From Podarcis gaigeae (lineage: Eukaryota), in assembly GCA_964106915.2 (NCBI GenBank), contig OZ066919.1: a stretch of 64,000 nt of DNA; one strand, given 5' to 3'. The position numbers were made by a program, and so were the translations under genes. The first letter of the stretch is position 1; each line of letters opens with the position of its first letter. The notes under the pieces were generated by a model that was not told the DNA's origin, ran no database searches, and saw only the letters and a program-made list of their open reading frames with translations. This document shows, one piece after another, positions 41,602 to 53,816 of this stretch.

Positions 41602-42515
41602 CAATCAAGTTACCAAAACCAGCAACAGCTGGGGGGGGACCCCAGGATTTCACTTTCTAAAAATTGCAACTGGAATGAATTCTTGGAAGAATCTTAAAGA
41701 ACAAAGATATCTGTCTGGTGTGCAATTCTGTGGTTTTAAGTATCTCTAGAATCATAAAGGCGCTGGTGCTTATCAGTCAAAGCATGGTCCATTAGAGTGA
41801 TATGAGATGGAAACTGTAAACATTAAAGAAGCTTTCACTGCTAGTTATGAGAACTGATGAAAAGCTATTGATCTAGCTGTGAAAGCAAATACAGGCAGTA
41901 CTCTCAATTCTACCATAAAATCTATCCTTGAGTATGTTAAGAATCAGATGGAATTTGTAGAGTTAGGTAGTAATTGCAACATAAAACCCTTCCATAGATC
42001 ATACTGCCACGTGCGGCAATGGATCTCATGACTGTTCCAATTTTACAGAATAAAGCTAAGAGAGACTTGTCTGAGAATACTTAAGAGGACAAACAGGAGA
42101 GCTACAAATAAAACCTGGTGTCAAAAGTCAGTGCATCGTGCTCTGCCTAACTCACCCATTTTCAGTTAGTTTCCTTGTGCATTCATTTGTCTATCATAAT
42201 CTATTATGTATTATGAGTCTGAAGCTGGTGAAAAACAATCCCATGAATCAGAACAGTCTCAGTCCTTAGGGCTTCACTGTGTTGACTTTTGCCTTGCTCC
42301 ACACTGCAGGAGCACACAGTAATCTGGCAGCTGAAGCCAGCCTAACTATTCATTTCAAGTGGAAAATCCTTTTTGAAGTCTTTATCAGGACTGATGACAT
42401 AGAACCTAAGGAACTCTAAGGCTCTCAATAAGACCGTGTTCTGTTCTACTTTCTTATTTCACACATAAAAGGATGGGATTCTGCCAAGCTGGGCCAATAT
42501 TATGCAGAGACCTAC

Positions 42516-42720
42516 CTCCTTCAGGCATTGTGAACTCCAGAGTTTCACTTCGAGGCCCATCTCCTCTCCCGTTGACTACAACCATCTCCAGTTTGTAGTT
42601 GCTGTAAGGAAACAGTCGGGACACTATGCCCCGTGTCCGGTCTCCAGTAAAACCCATAGACTGCTTTTTCTTAGAGACCCATAGATTCTTCAGCAAACTA
42701 CTTTCTCTCCAGAAGTAGGC
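42516..42720 (-). CDS. NFASC: NFASC alternative exon, FN3 C-half with RGD (AYFWRESSLLKNLWVSKK...VVVNGRGDGPRSETLEFTMPEG), NF155-type
   Basis: cttgaag| ... |gtaggt, 205 nt, phase 0-1; RGD codons at 42559..42567. Confidence 0.95.
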
Positions 42721-43653
42721 CTTCAAGAAACATGCAAGGTGAGTGATGTTTTCCCCATTTGAGTGTTAACTGGATTTCAAGGACAAAGTCACTATGGATC
42801 TTCTTCCACACAAGGATTAGTTCGATCTCACCAACCATTCCACAGGAGAGGAGGAAGTCAATACTGTTTATTGCTCATTTTATAGATGGGGAGACTGAGA
42901 CATATGGAAGCTGACTCTTGGTCAAGACCATTTAGGCAGATTATGCAGTGGCTATCAAAGAACTGCCCCCTCAGCAAAGACCAGGCTTCTAGGCTTCAAA
43001 CTGCAGTCTTCCCTCATCTCTCACTGATTATTATTATTATTATTAGCAGTAGTAGTAGTAGTAGGATGAAATTTTAATTTGTCAAGAATCACTCATGGCC
43101 AGACTCCAGTACAGAGGCAGAAACAAAACAAAATATACCCTATGAATGAAAATTCTCAGAGCTGAGAAATGTGCAAATGCTTCAAATATATATTATTATT
43201 TATTAGATTTATTAGATTTATATCCCACCCCTTATCCAAAGATCCCAGGACAGTGATATAAATCAATTTTGAAAGAAAGTATTTCGCTGCTGATTTGTGT
43301 GAATTTTTGCTTGCTTTCTGTTTGGTAAGACAGAAAACAAAGAGAGAAAAAACATGAACTTGAGGACAGAACATGTTTGGCTTTCTGGAGACATTTTTTA
43401 TTATCTCTGAGCACAATCCTTGAATTCTGACTAGGCCGAAACAGAACTTTAGTGTATTGATTAATGACATGCTAAATACACACTGGGGATGACACAGAAG
43501 TCAGGGGAAACTGCTCTAGGAGCTGATTTTCTTAACCACATTAAAAACAGTTTGTTGGTTTTGTTTTGTAAGCAGAAAGACCTCATAAGATAGCAGCTAC
43601 TTGGAACTCTCTGTTTCTAACTGACTGAGCAATAACTGGATGTTCACAACTAG

Positions 43654-43867
43654 GGGTGCTTCCAGACAGGCTGCACATTCAGAAAAATATATATGTTATC
43701 TCACACTTTCTAGTACAATTACTCTGTTACTTTACTCACTGAAAAAGAAAAGTAATTGACAAGTTCTAGAAAGTATGGAGTAACAGCCACTATCCGGCAA
43801 CCTTGTAGAACTTCCATACAAACATGTCAGCATGAATGTTCAATGAACACCTGGTCTAGAAGTTCCC
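43654..43867. mobile_element. Harbinger-like MITE
   Basis: TIR GGGTGCTTCCAGAC / GTCTAGAAGTTCCC; 3-bp TAG on both flanks. Confidence 0.55.
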
Positions 43868-44725
43868 TAGAGATGTCTAGAATGTATAGTGTGTACTTTG
43901 GATATGATTGGCTAGGAAGGTACCTGATGTGTTGCCCTATGCATGAGCAGAATGTTACATGGCTTCTAATGCTTATGGGAAGCACATTTTTGACTTCCAA
44001 ATGGTAGAAAAATATCTCTGAGTAGCACAACTTTAGAACATGAAATAGAACAGGTTAAAAAAATGTGCCAGTCCATAAGAACGGAGAATCTAAATTGTAA
44101 TAAACGCAAAGATCAAATTTATTTTTGCACATAATGTAAAGTCTTTGAAATGAAGACTTTTTTTGCTTTCAATTCAAGGCTAAATAGAAACTCATGATTT
44201 TGAATCAGGAAGAAGCCAATTAACATTCAAAAGATCAAAACAGGCTTTCTTCAAAATAGGGGATGAAGAATTGCTAAAATTGAACTTGGCTTGGATTCCC
44301 TATTGAAAAAGAGCAATTAAAAAAAATGCTTTGTCTCTCTGGTCTCCCTTCCTCATTCCCCCAGCCTTACACCCACCCCCCCCCAAGCAACCCTTCAAAA
44401 CAAATCACAAAATTATTTTTTGGGTGGATTCTTGGAGGAAACCACAATTGGCACACTAATTTAAAACTGCTTAAATTTCAAGGAAAAGGCTAGTCTCCTT
44501 GTCTAAACTCTTTGAAGTGGGTGGAGAGGATATATACAACTGGTAATAATATTTTGGTTTCTGTATCTCAGCAATGCCCTTACATCTGTACTTTATCACC
44601 CGCCCACCAACACAACTGCAAATACTTATTGTCTACATAATAATAGTCTTCAATGCCATTTTAGCAATTTCTGGGTGTTTCATGTCATCTCCATTGTGTA
44701 AAAGACAATGTAACCATCAGTCATC

Positions 44726-44754
44726 ATTAGTGTTGGGTGTTAGCCACATTAATG
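44726..44754 (-). promoter_or_regulatory. Putative QKI response element (ACUAAU core + CUAAC/UAAU half sites) just downstream of the FN3 N-half donor
   Basis: Minus strand reads ...CACATTAATGTGGCTAACACCCAACACTAATG, within about 55 nt of the 5' splice site. Confidence 0.65.
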
Positions 44755-44778
44755 TGATTGGGTTTGGGTTTTGCTCAC

Positions 44779-44894
44779 TCTGTATTCCTTAAGTTGTCCC
44801 TGGACGGTTTCCGGGTACACTCTACTCCATTGCAGGCTGATTGCTGTGCTGTTTACAACTTTGAGTCTAATATCAGTGGGAGCGGCCTTAGGAT
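44779..44894 (-). CDS. NFASC: NFASC alternative exon, FN3 N-half (YPKAAPTDIRLKVVNSTAISLQWSRVYPETVQGQLKEYR), NF155-type
   Basis: acttag| ... |gtgagc, 116 nt, phase 1-0. Together with the next exon it totals 321 nt, so the pair can be skipped in frame. Confidence 0.94.
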
Positions 44895-47576
44895 CTAAGT
44901 TGCCAAGAATAAAGCAAAGCAGATATTAAGCATACACAGAAATTTGAAGAAAATCCCCATTTCCCTCCCTAGATGCTGCAGTGGTTTACCCAAAGAAAAT
45001 CATGTAAACAGGAGGCTGCTCTTAAACATTGCTGCCATCATGTGGAGATATAAAGCAATTTCAAGTGCACATTTTTGACATGCGTTTGCATGATGGCGGG
45101 ATCCATTCTACTCTGGTGCCAGTTTCCTGTATTTCTCACATTTCTCTTTTCTGCCTACCTCACCAGTGCACTCACAATGCTACAGTGCCCTCATAGGTTT
45201 TCACAGTTCACCTGACAAACAGAAAACTGGCAACTCTAGAGATTTATACAAATGCCTTTTAAATTCAGAGGTGTTCGATTCACAACAAATCAAGTTCATG
45301 CTGTACCCATAAAATCATTTACAACTGAAAGTCCCCACAAGCAGTAGTAAGCAATTTCAGATGGAGAAATGCCCATTTAAGTGGAGAACACCTCACAGCA
45401 CAGGCGAGCAGCAGGTCTTAAATTTCAGCTTCAGAACCGCTGAGGTAAATTTCTTTATCCAGCAGTTGTTAACCCAAAGAAAAGTTACTCCTGTTGCAGG
45501 GAATAAGTGCAGAAACATTTTGTCCATAGCTTTAAGGAGAGTTGGTGGCCTGACAGAGACATATTTGACTCCAGGTGTTGTTGAGCTGCAACTCTCTTTA
45601 CCCTTGACCATTAAAAGCACTGAGATGGGCCGATGCACTTCAATAACACACCTGGAAGGTACCATGTCGGGTACCAGTGGTTTAGACACTTGCTGCTTCT
45701 CTCGGCACTTCTGTTCAAACAGATTTTACTGATTTTTGAAACAATCCCAAACCCCACCCTGGGAAAACCTGTTTATAAGATAGAATAGTGAGAAAGTATA
45801 CATGCCATGAACAACCAAGCTTGTTTCATATCACTCAGCGCCATAAAAATAAACAAACCCCACACAACCACTCTGCCCTAAGTAAAAGGCGGTATGTGAT
45901 TAAAGAGGTTTCCAGGGAAGCATTTGGCCTATTGACTGCTTAGTCATCTACAATTAGAATTTGAAAATGCCCGCATTGTACTACTCACAGGAGTTATAAA
46001 GTTCTTTACTTTATCTCATTGGTAAAATAGATTCTACTTGTTCAGTTACTGCATCCAGTGTAGCTTCTTATTGTTCAAAATGCCAATGCAGTTTATTGCC
46101 TTGCTTGTTATTCATTTCCTTTTTTTAAAAAGTGCTTTCCTCTTTAAACAGCAAGGAAGCTACCCCAGCAGGATGAGAGGCTTCCTGGTAAGCAGGCTGG
46201 CTGGGCTACAGAGCAGATGGGAGGAAAAACCTGCTTGTATTTTCCCATTCCCTGGGGACAGGATATGATGCTCAGGCCAATGAGGAGGGAAACAGCTGTT
46301 GCTGGAAAGTGTTTCCTGTGGCTGAACACCGTGTGGTGGGGGACAGCTGATTTGCTCTTACTGCCCCTTCCTCCAGGGCTGGGTAGAGCACAGATAATAG
46401 CAAAAAGCGTAGATAACAAAAGGCAAAACAAAATGAAAAAAGTCTACCAGGCAACTGACTGGATGCAAGTTTACATACAATGTATCTGGGTAGTTTGAGA
46501 ACAGTACTTCAGTTTGCAGTGAACATAGGGCTGCCATATCCGGGAAATAGCATCCAGGCAGAATTTACAAAAATCAGAAAGTCAGGTATATGGCAACCCA
46601 TTCTTTTTGGTGGTGAATTTAAAAATATTAAAAATAGCCCCAAAAGGTCAACTTTTTGGGGGAGATTTTGAAAAACAACAACAACTCAACAATTTTGCCC
46701 CCCCCCCCGGAGCTCAACAACTTTTGTGTCCGGATTTTCACTTTTTGAAATGTGACAACCCTAAGTGAACAGTTACATTTTAATTGGAAGAAAACCCAGA
46801 CACCATGCTGTATTTCTTTCTGCAGACTACTAAGTTGAGGATGATGGCATTTCTTCATCTTCCCCCCTCCCTGCCTCCTTGTGAACTGCAGCCATGAAGG
46901 ATATGCACAACTGAAAACATCATCAACAGCACCAGTTTACTCATTTTCTCACCTTCCCCACTGCAAATGGTTAATTAATTAACACAGCATTGATGTGTGA
47001 ACTAGTTGTGATTTCTGGTGCAGCAAAATTTTACTATAGAATGGATTCCCCACTCCCATTTACACACTGTGACCTTACATACAACCTGGAAGGAAGGGTT
47101 GTTCTATTTATTAATAGGAATAGAAGTGAATTCTGTGATCTTTCAAGCTGATAAAGCTTTGATAAGCAAGCACTTTTTGAGAGGATGGTTACGCTGTCCT
47201 TGGTCCTGAAGTCATTCATAGTTGCATGCAACTGTTACTTAGCTTTATTTTGCAAAGCAAGAAAGGAGTGACCACAGTTCTTTTCTGCCACAGTCCTTTT
47301 CTCCCCATTGTATTGCAGCACTTTTTCTTTCTTACATCCCTCCTTTCCTACCTCATCTTCTCCCCTCCCCCACTTACTTTGCCTTTCTATTTCTTTGTTG
47401 TTGCAAGTTATTTTTTACGTTGTTAATCTGTATCTATACAAAATTACACAGAAAAAATTCATTTTAAGAAGAGCACGTGGAAGTGTATGACACCAGTATT
47501 TGCTTTGCTTTGCTAGAGCCTTCTGAACACAATCCACAAGGTGATTTTGACCAAGAAGGCCTGTAAGAACCTAGAG

Positions 47577-47712
47577 CAGGCTTCCTCAGCCTCGGCCCTC
47601 CAGATGTTTTGAGACTACGATTCCCATAATCCCTGACCACTGGTCCTGCTAGCTAGGGATCATGGGAGTTGTAGGCCAAAAACATCTGGTGGGCCAAGGT
47701 TGAGGAAGCCTG
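47577..47712. mobile_element. hAT-type non-autonomous MITE
   Basis: TIRs CAGGCTTCCTCA / TGAGGAAGCCTG; perfect 8-bp TSD ACCTAGAG (47569-47576 / 47713-47720). Confidence 0.9.
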
Positions 47713-48260
47713 ACCTAGAGTAAAGATGCTAACAAGATTGTGGCATGACACAGTAAAGAGGCAATCCCTAAAATCAACTGAGGTTTCTTCATAAACCAGG
47801 TTTGTACATATTGACTTGACAAGCAGGGCATTCTAGATTGATCCCTCTCTCTTTACACCCTGGTAGAACATAGTAGAATATACCTGACCTCCCTAGATAC
47901 TCACCCAATTTTCAGGAGGCATTTGAACACCCTTTAACTTGGGTTGCCATTTAAAAAACAACCACTTCCTTCTGATTTTGATCACTAGATATCTACTTCT
48001 AAACCTTGTAACCTGACAGAGCTCTTGGCATGTATTACACTTCTAATTCAAATTGAACAATATATTTTTGAGAGTTGGCTTATTCAGCAATTCTTGAAGA
48101 TGATTGCTGGAGAACCACAATGACCAAAACAAACATCACATATAGATTTAACTTCAATGCCTGGCAATCATTTTTGTGCCTTGTAGACCTATCTGGCAGC
48201 TGCTGAAGGGCATAATTCACTTGGTGACTATTGATTTTGTTTCGGGATATGATTTCAGAA

Positions 48261-48401
48261 CAGGGGGAGAGGATCTATGGCCCTCCAGATGTTGTTGGAC
48301 TCCAATTCCCATCAGCCCCAGCCAGCCAGCGTATGACCAATGTTGAAGGATTCAAGTTGTAGTCCAGCAACATTCTGAAGACCATATGTTCTCCACCTCT
48401 G
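48261..48401. mobile_element. hAT-type palindromic MITE (same family as 51629 and 57036)
   Basis: Shared core GGCCCTCCAGATGTTGTTGGACT...CCCATCAGCCCCAGC. Confidence 0.7.
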
Positions 48402-49691
48402 CCACAGAACATAGCAGCAGAGGATATGATTCATGTGTCCCTTCTGAATTTTGTTATGGAATAATAAAAGGGGATTATAGTTTTGAGGACTCAGGTGAAT
48501 TTCTTATGTTCCTGAGAACATTGGGAATAATTCCAGCATGAAACTTTAAGAATCATAAACTGTGGGAGCTAAAATCAGACAGAGAGCACCAGGCTGATGA
48601 TCCAAGCACTGGAACACTGAGCTCACTGCATAGTTGTATCCTAGAGTCTTAGCATGTCTGGGACTGTCATACAGATAAACAGACACCTGTTTCCAAGCTG
48701 ACTTTAGAAATGATGCTGGCCATTGACCAAGACTCCCGTGTAGGTTTGTTTGTGAATAAAACCGCTACCATATGGTGTGTTAACAGCCCCTATTCCCTCC
48801 ACCAACAGCATGACTGCAAGGTACGAATGTTCAGAAGTCTCAGAATCATTTAAGTCTACATGATCGATGCATAGCAAAAGAATGAACCTCCTGTGAAGCA
48901 ATAAAAATAGGAAGTGAATTGGAGTAAAAGTTATTGAAGATGGATGCCTTTTGAAGGTGGAATGAAGCACTTCTACATTCCAGTGATTGTAATGGAAAAG
49001 GTTTAAGCCTATGCTTAACTCTCCTGATGAAATCAGTGTAAAAGTGAATACGGATTTGAGCCCAAGTACCCACAAGTTACATCCAACACTCTCTTGTATT
49101 TATCCATGTAACTTTTTATTTATACCCCCATTCATATGAATGTTATTTACCTACTTACTTACCTTTGTTAGACAGACAATGAAGCTGGTGACTACAGCTG
49201 GTTCATATAACCTCTCTGAGTCTGTTCTAGACCCGTAAGATGGAATAATATCTTTTTCTAAGCTCAAAATGCTGAGGCAGCCTAGTAACTATATTGTCTG
49301 CTGCTGCTCTGCCTCTGATATAGTGTGTTATTCATGGTTGGCATGTTTTGTTCATTTTCATGTGTGCTGTTAGCTTGCCTTGAATATTCTATGAATGCTT
49401 TAAATAAAGAAGATATGTGTGTTTTAAATAAATAAGAGATGGAAATATAAATCTTCAAGAAAAATGAGTTAATTTGAAGTTCATGGGCATGCAAGCTAAA
49501 TGGTCTGTTGGGGCACTCCAGAGACCTCTGAAGTTTCTACATGAGTGTTTCATTCTCCAGAGTGCCTGGCACTGGAATTCAATGCCTCCTGTTAACAGAG
49601 CCAATCACATTTAAGATCTTGGATTGCAAGACTGCCAGTGGTGGAGTCTTTTTTGGTACCCCAAACTCTTTACATCTATGAGAATACTCAC

Positions 49692-49920
49692 AATCTTCCC
49701 CCGAGTAGCCAATGACGGTCTCAGGTTCCATAGCAACCCCATAGTCGTTTTTGGCCTGCACTTTGATCTCGTAGGGTGTATAGATGGGCGTCTGTGTGAC
49801 AGTGAACTGGTTGGTGTCACCCTTTACCGTCCTGTTGTTCCAACTCTCCCGGGTGTCTCTTCTTCTCCATTTCACAATGTACTTGAGGTTGGGGCCGTAA
49901 ACTTGGGTTGCATTTAGCGG
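49692..49920 (-). CDS. NFASC: NFASC exon, FN2 ([22 protein letters not shown]...VIGYSGED)
   Basis: ctttaag| ... |gtgagt, 229 nt, phase 0-1; lies inside ORF 49579..49977. Confidence 0.95.
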
Positions 49921-50080
49921 CTTAAAGGATACACAAAAATTAAGAAATCCATTATTACTTTTGTTAATTTTGAACACCAGCTGCTATCCCTGCCACCTGA
50001 ACAGTGTTTCTGTGACTCCAGAGGATACAGAATCATAGATGGATCTAAAAACAAACAGGACTAACAAGCCCATGGTGTCA

Positions 50081-50230
50081 TAAGCTTTCATATGCTAGAA
50101 TCTACTTTATCAGATGCATGAAATGTTGCCCTCTGTTGGCAGATTCTCCCTCCCTCCCTCTGTATGTGTGTTTTCGAGCTTTCCTCTTAGCCTTTGTGGA
50201 CTCTAGCCCACAAAAGCTTATACCCAAATA
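50081..50230. mobile_element. Penelope-like terminal-repeat fragments in inverted orientation
   Basis: TAAGCTTTCATATGCTAGAATCTACTT..ATCAGATGCATG and GTGGACTCTAGCCCACAAAAGCTTAT; similarity from recall only. Confidence 0.45.
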
Positions 50231-50289
50231 TGCAGCTTGAGTATTTACTGTGTCACAGGACACTCTGTTTTCACTGCAGCAGACTATTC

Positions 50290-50361
50290 TGTGAACTGCC
50301 CTGAGACCCCTGGGTATAGGGCAGTATATAAATTCTAATAATAATAATAATAATAATAATA
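50290..50361 (+). mobile_element. L2-type 3' terminus with (TAA)n tail
   Basis: TGTGAACTGCCCTGAGACCCCTGGGTATAGGGCAGTATATAAAT + (AAT)n. Confidence 0.65.
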
Positions 50362-50731
50362 TCATCACTTTAGAGATAACAAATGCAAAAGGCATCCAGG
50401 TAACTGCACAGTTTCCAATTACATGAATTGCACCAGCAACAAATATACATATTGGAGAGTTATTCTCTTGGACTTGCTGCAGGAATATTTGGACTGTTTG
50501 GCTTTGAGATATTGGATTGTGCATGCCATTATTATTTTGGCATTGTAAATATCATTTAAGTATTAGAAGGTGTTGAATTTTTTTTTGTACATTACTGTCA
50601 ATGAATTTTTGTAAACCACATGCAGAGTTATTTAGCTTGTGATAAAATTTATTGCAGCAAAGGCCATGGAATGCAAACCTTGTATACAAGAAAAGAATGT
50701 GCTATAAACAACAGCTCCCATGTTAACTCAC

Positions 50732-50802
50732 CGTCCAGGATATCACCATGTTATTTTTGGCTGTTCCTGCTCCTTTAACTCCTGTGGGGTTAATTTCTGG
50801 AC
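50732..50802 (-). CDS. NFASC: NFASC exon, FN2 start (RPEINPTGVKGAGTAKNNMVISWT)
   Basis: atttcag| ... |gtgagt, 71 nt, phase 1-0. Confidence 0.94.
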
Positions 50803-51628
50803 CTGAAATAAATTAACACATGAAATTTGTTTTAAAGCATTGAATGCTACAACACAGCTACCACAAGCTTTTCTATACCATGCAATATTGCTAAAGGAAT
50901 AATCTCTTTTTTTCCCCACATAGGAATGCTAGAACACAAAGGGGAGACCCACATAAAGCCTCTGCCAAAAGGAAAGACCTATGCAGTTGCTATGGTACCA
51001 CAAAAGCTATTTGCAAAGCAAACTTTTAAAGTTACTATGACACTGGTGATGTCAGTTGTTTAAAAAGCACTTGAAACAAAGATGGGGAAACTATGAAGGG
51101 ACATTAATCCCCTCAAAAAAGTCAATCTGGAGCAGCGGCTGATGCTGGTAAGGCTAGAGAGAAAGTGGTTATGGTGTACAGCACTACAGACAATTCCCTT
51201 TATGTGTGCTACCCTTTCTCTCTCTCTCTCCTTCTGTGTTCCTATTAACACTGGCCTGAACTAATCAGTTGCAGAGGCTGCCTGGAATTTGGTCAAGGGC
51301 TGCTTATGGCCCATGAGGTCATGTTTCCCACCACATATTTAAACAAAGGGTTATGAGTAAATTAAGATGCACAAGAGCCTTGTCCTTAAAACAGAAACAA
51401 GCCTTCTTTGATGTTATGTACAAAAAAATCCAGCCCATCACTTCCCTAATTTGAGAAAAGTATTTATTTGTGAGGTTCCCCTTGCATTCCATGCACATCT
51501 ACAGTCCAAAATCTTAAACTTAAAATTCCAAGCCAGTACATATCTGTTAGGATCTCTGACAAAAGCCCATTAGCATAAAGATACTTGGTCGACTCAGAAA
51601 AAGCTCAGGGCTGCTTTGTACATTACAC

Positions 51629-51764
51629 CAGGGATGGGAATTCTGTGGCCCTCCAGATATTGTTGGACTTGACTCACATCCTCCCTAACTACTGGTGATG
51701 CTGGCTAGGGCTGATGGAGGTTGCAGCTTAGCAGCATCTGAAGGCTGCAGATTCCCTATCTCTG
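51629..51764. mobile_element. hAT-type palindromic MITE
   Basis: CAGGGATGGGAA...TTCCCTATCTCTG; degenerate 8-bp TSD CATTACAC / CATGACAT. Confidence 0.75.
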
Positions 51765-52112
51765 CATGACATGGATAAGATGCACCAAAAATGTTTTTAT
51801 GTGCACGCATTAAATGTAATGTAATGGGACAACATGACAAAGAGGTGCATGCATATATTTCACAGGTATACTTTCCAGGGAACTGAGAATGGCCACTACT
51901 GCTTCAAGAGCACACATGGTGACAAATATGGGCTAGCTAAAAAGGTAACGCGTGACACAATCCACATTCTTAGTGTCTCTCTCTTTTATATGTCCTTGTT
52001 CTTGCGTACATTACAATTGCATAATTTTATGTAAGTGTTCTTTTCCTTTCAAATAGCACTTACGTGCCCCATTCAAGTCAAATTCAAGCACTTCAAGTCA
52101 AATAGCACTTAC

Positions 52113-52310
52113 GTGCCCCATTCGTATGGTATCGCTCAGAAGGCAAGCTGGGGTAACTGCTTCCTACTTCGTTCACAGCTATTACTCGGAACTGATAGTT
52201 GACATAGGGTGCAAGGCGCAGGATGGCAGAGTTCACGCTTCCTGGGTAACGGGAATGGTTGTGCCAACTTCCAGGTTGGAATCTATCCTCTTCAAATTCC
52301 ACAATGTAAT
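52113..52310 (-). CDS. NFASC: NFASC exon, FN1 C-half ([66 protein letters not shown])
   Basis: ttctag| ... |gtaagt, 198 nt, phase 1-1. Confidence 0.95.
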
Positions 52311-52475
52311 CTAGAAGAGCAGAGTGTGAAGGCTTGCTAAAGTTGCAACATAATTGTCAGGGAAGAGTTAGACATTAATTATCGGCCAGCTGACTTTTAG
52401 AAAGGAAACCAAACCAAAGCAAAGCAACAACACTGTTCACCTGTAGGGTTTCAAAGTAGAGGAACAAGTGCTGAC

Positions 52476-52577
52476 CTGTGATAGGGCTGTTGTTGTCGTC
52501 GCCAGGAATCCACGTCAACCGCACACTCCTTTCAGCGAGGTCAGTTAGTTCAAGATCACGAGGACGTTCAGGACGTG
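52476..52577 (-). CDS. NFASC: NFASC exon, FN1 N-half ([34 protein letters not shown])
   Basis: cctgtag| ... |gtcagc, 102 nt, phase 1-1. Confidence 0.95.
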
Positions 52578-53439
52578 CTACAGGCAAAAGAATGCATGTA
52601 AGGTGCAGGTGTCCCTCATGGGCTAGTCCACTCAAAATATATTTGGGTATCATGACCACTGACTCTGGGACCTTGCAGCATGAAGCAGAGAGAACTCCAC
52701 TAAGGCCATTTCCTCAGAGGAAGAATAGCCAGTATTGCATTTGGGGACCTCTTGGACACAGAACACAGCCCTGCCTCCATTGATGGACTCAGATTAGGAA
52801 TCAGCCTTGCAGAAGGCTACAAGATCAGTAAAGGCCCTTTAACAACTCAGCCAGCTCCTCTACACAGGTGGAACCAACCATGCAACAGGTCTTACCAGCC
52901 TTCAGTTGGCTTCTGGCCTCTGCTGGGACATCTTCATAAAGCTACCTTGGTAGGACAGCACTTCAGACAACAGGGCTCACTTAGAACTATCCAAGGTTCT
53001 GTTTTTCTCTGCCCTCTTCGTAAAAGGGCCCTAACAGTTAATCCACATTCTTTGCAAAGACAGAGCTTTACAAAGAAGGAACATAAATACAATGAAAGGC
53101 AAAGGTCACCTTGCAAAAATAAAAAGGAGGGTAAGAAACACCTCCCATTACTTTTAGCATCAGCCCCCAAAATTCATCCATGCAGACTAATTAAAATATT
53201 CTTCCTTTGCGGTAGGGGGCAACATCAACAACAATTTGTGCAATAGAAATCAAGATCCCCTACCTCAATGAGGTCCAATCATCAGGGATATTTATCATGA
53301 GGTTTGGGCCAGCCAAAGTTACCCAACTTTCAGAGGCACTTAAATTTCATACTAAAGTCATTGCAATGGTCAAGCAACAGTGTAAGAGAATGTAAAAATT
53401 AATAATAATCAAAGTGGTAAATGGATCAGTAGAGATTAC

Positions 53440-53475
53440 CTTTGGGTAGGGTCATACGGTTAACAGAAGAAGGAG
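53440..53475 (-). CDS. NFASC: NFASC alternative Ig6-FN1 linker microexon (APSSVNRMTLPK)
   Basis: tttttgcag| ... AAAG|gtaatc, 36 nt, phase 1-1. Resembles the known alternative linker (chicken AIPANRLRDLPK, human ...TNRLAALPK). Confidence 0.85.
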
Positions 53476-53816
53476 CTGCAAAAATAGATATTAGCTATTT
53501 AGATAGTTAGTTCAATTCTTAAGCACAACTTGTTGCAGGGATACAATGTGCAGTGGCTGTGCCAGGTTTCAAGAAGCCCTGGGCAAGATGACTTCCAGAC
53601 CCTCCTCCACCACTGAAACACTTTGTCTTCCTCTACCAGGCGGCTCTAGTTGCTTCCTATCTTCTAAATGGTGAGAAGGGAATAGACAGAACCCTAGTTA
53701 TCTCTTTTGCTTGGAGGAGGGGAAAGAAAAGAACCTGTCTGTTACCTTCCTACAACCAGGAAAGTTTAAAAGGGCGTGAAAGAATGGATATCCTCCCACA
53801 AGTACAAAAATAAAAA

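Noticed and set aside
52752-53246. 164-aa plus-strand ORF and the other 60-140 aa intronic ORFs
   Set aside because: No recognisable domains, many non-ATG starts, and lengths expected by chance. Several are antisense to exons or lie inside repeats.
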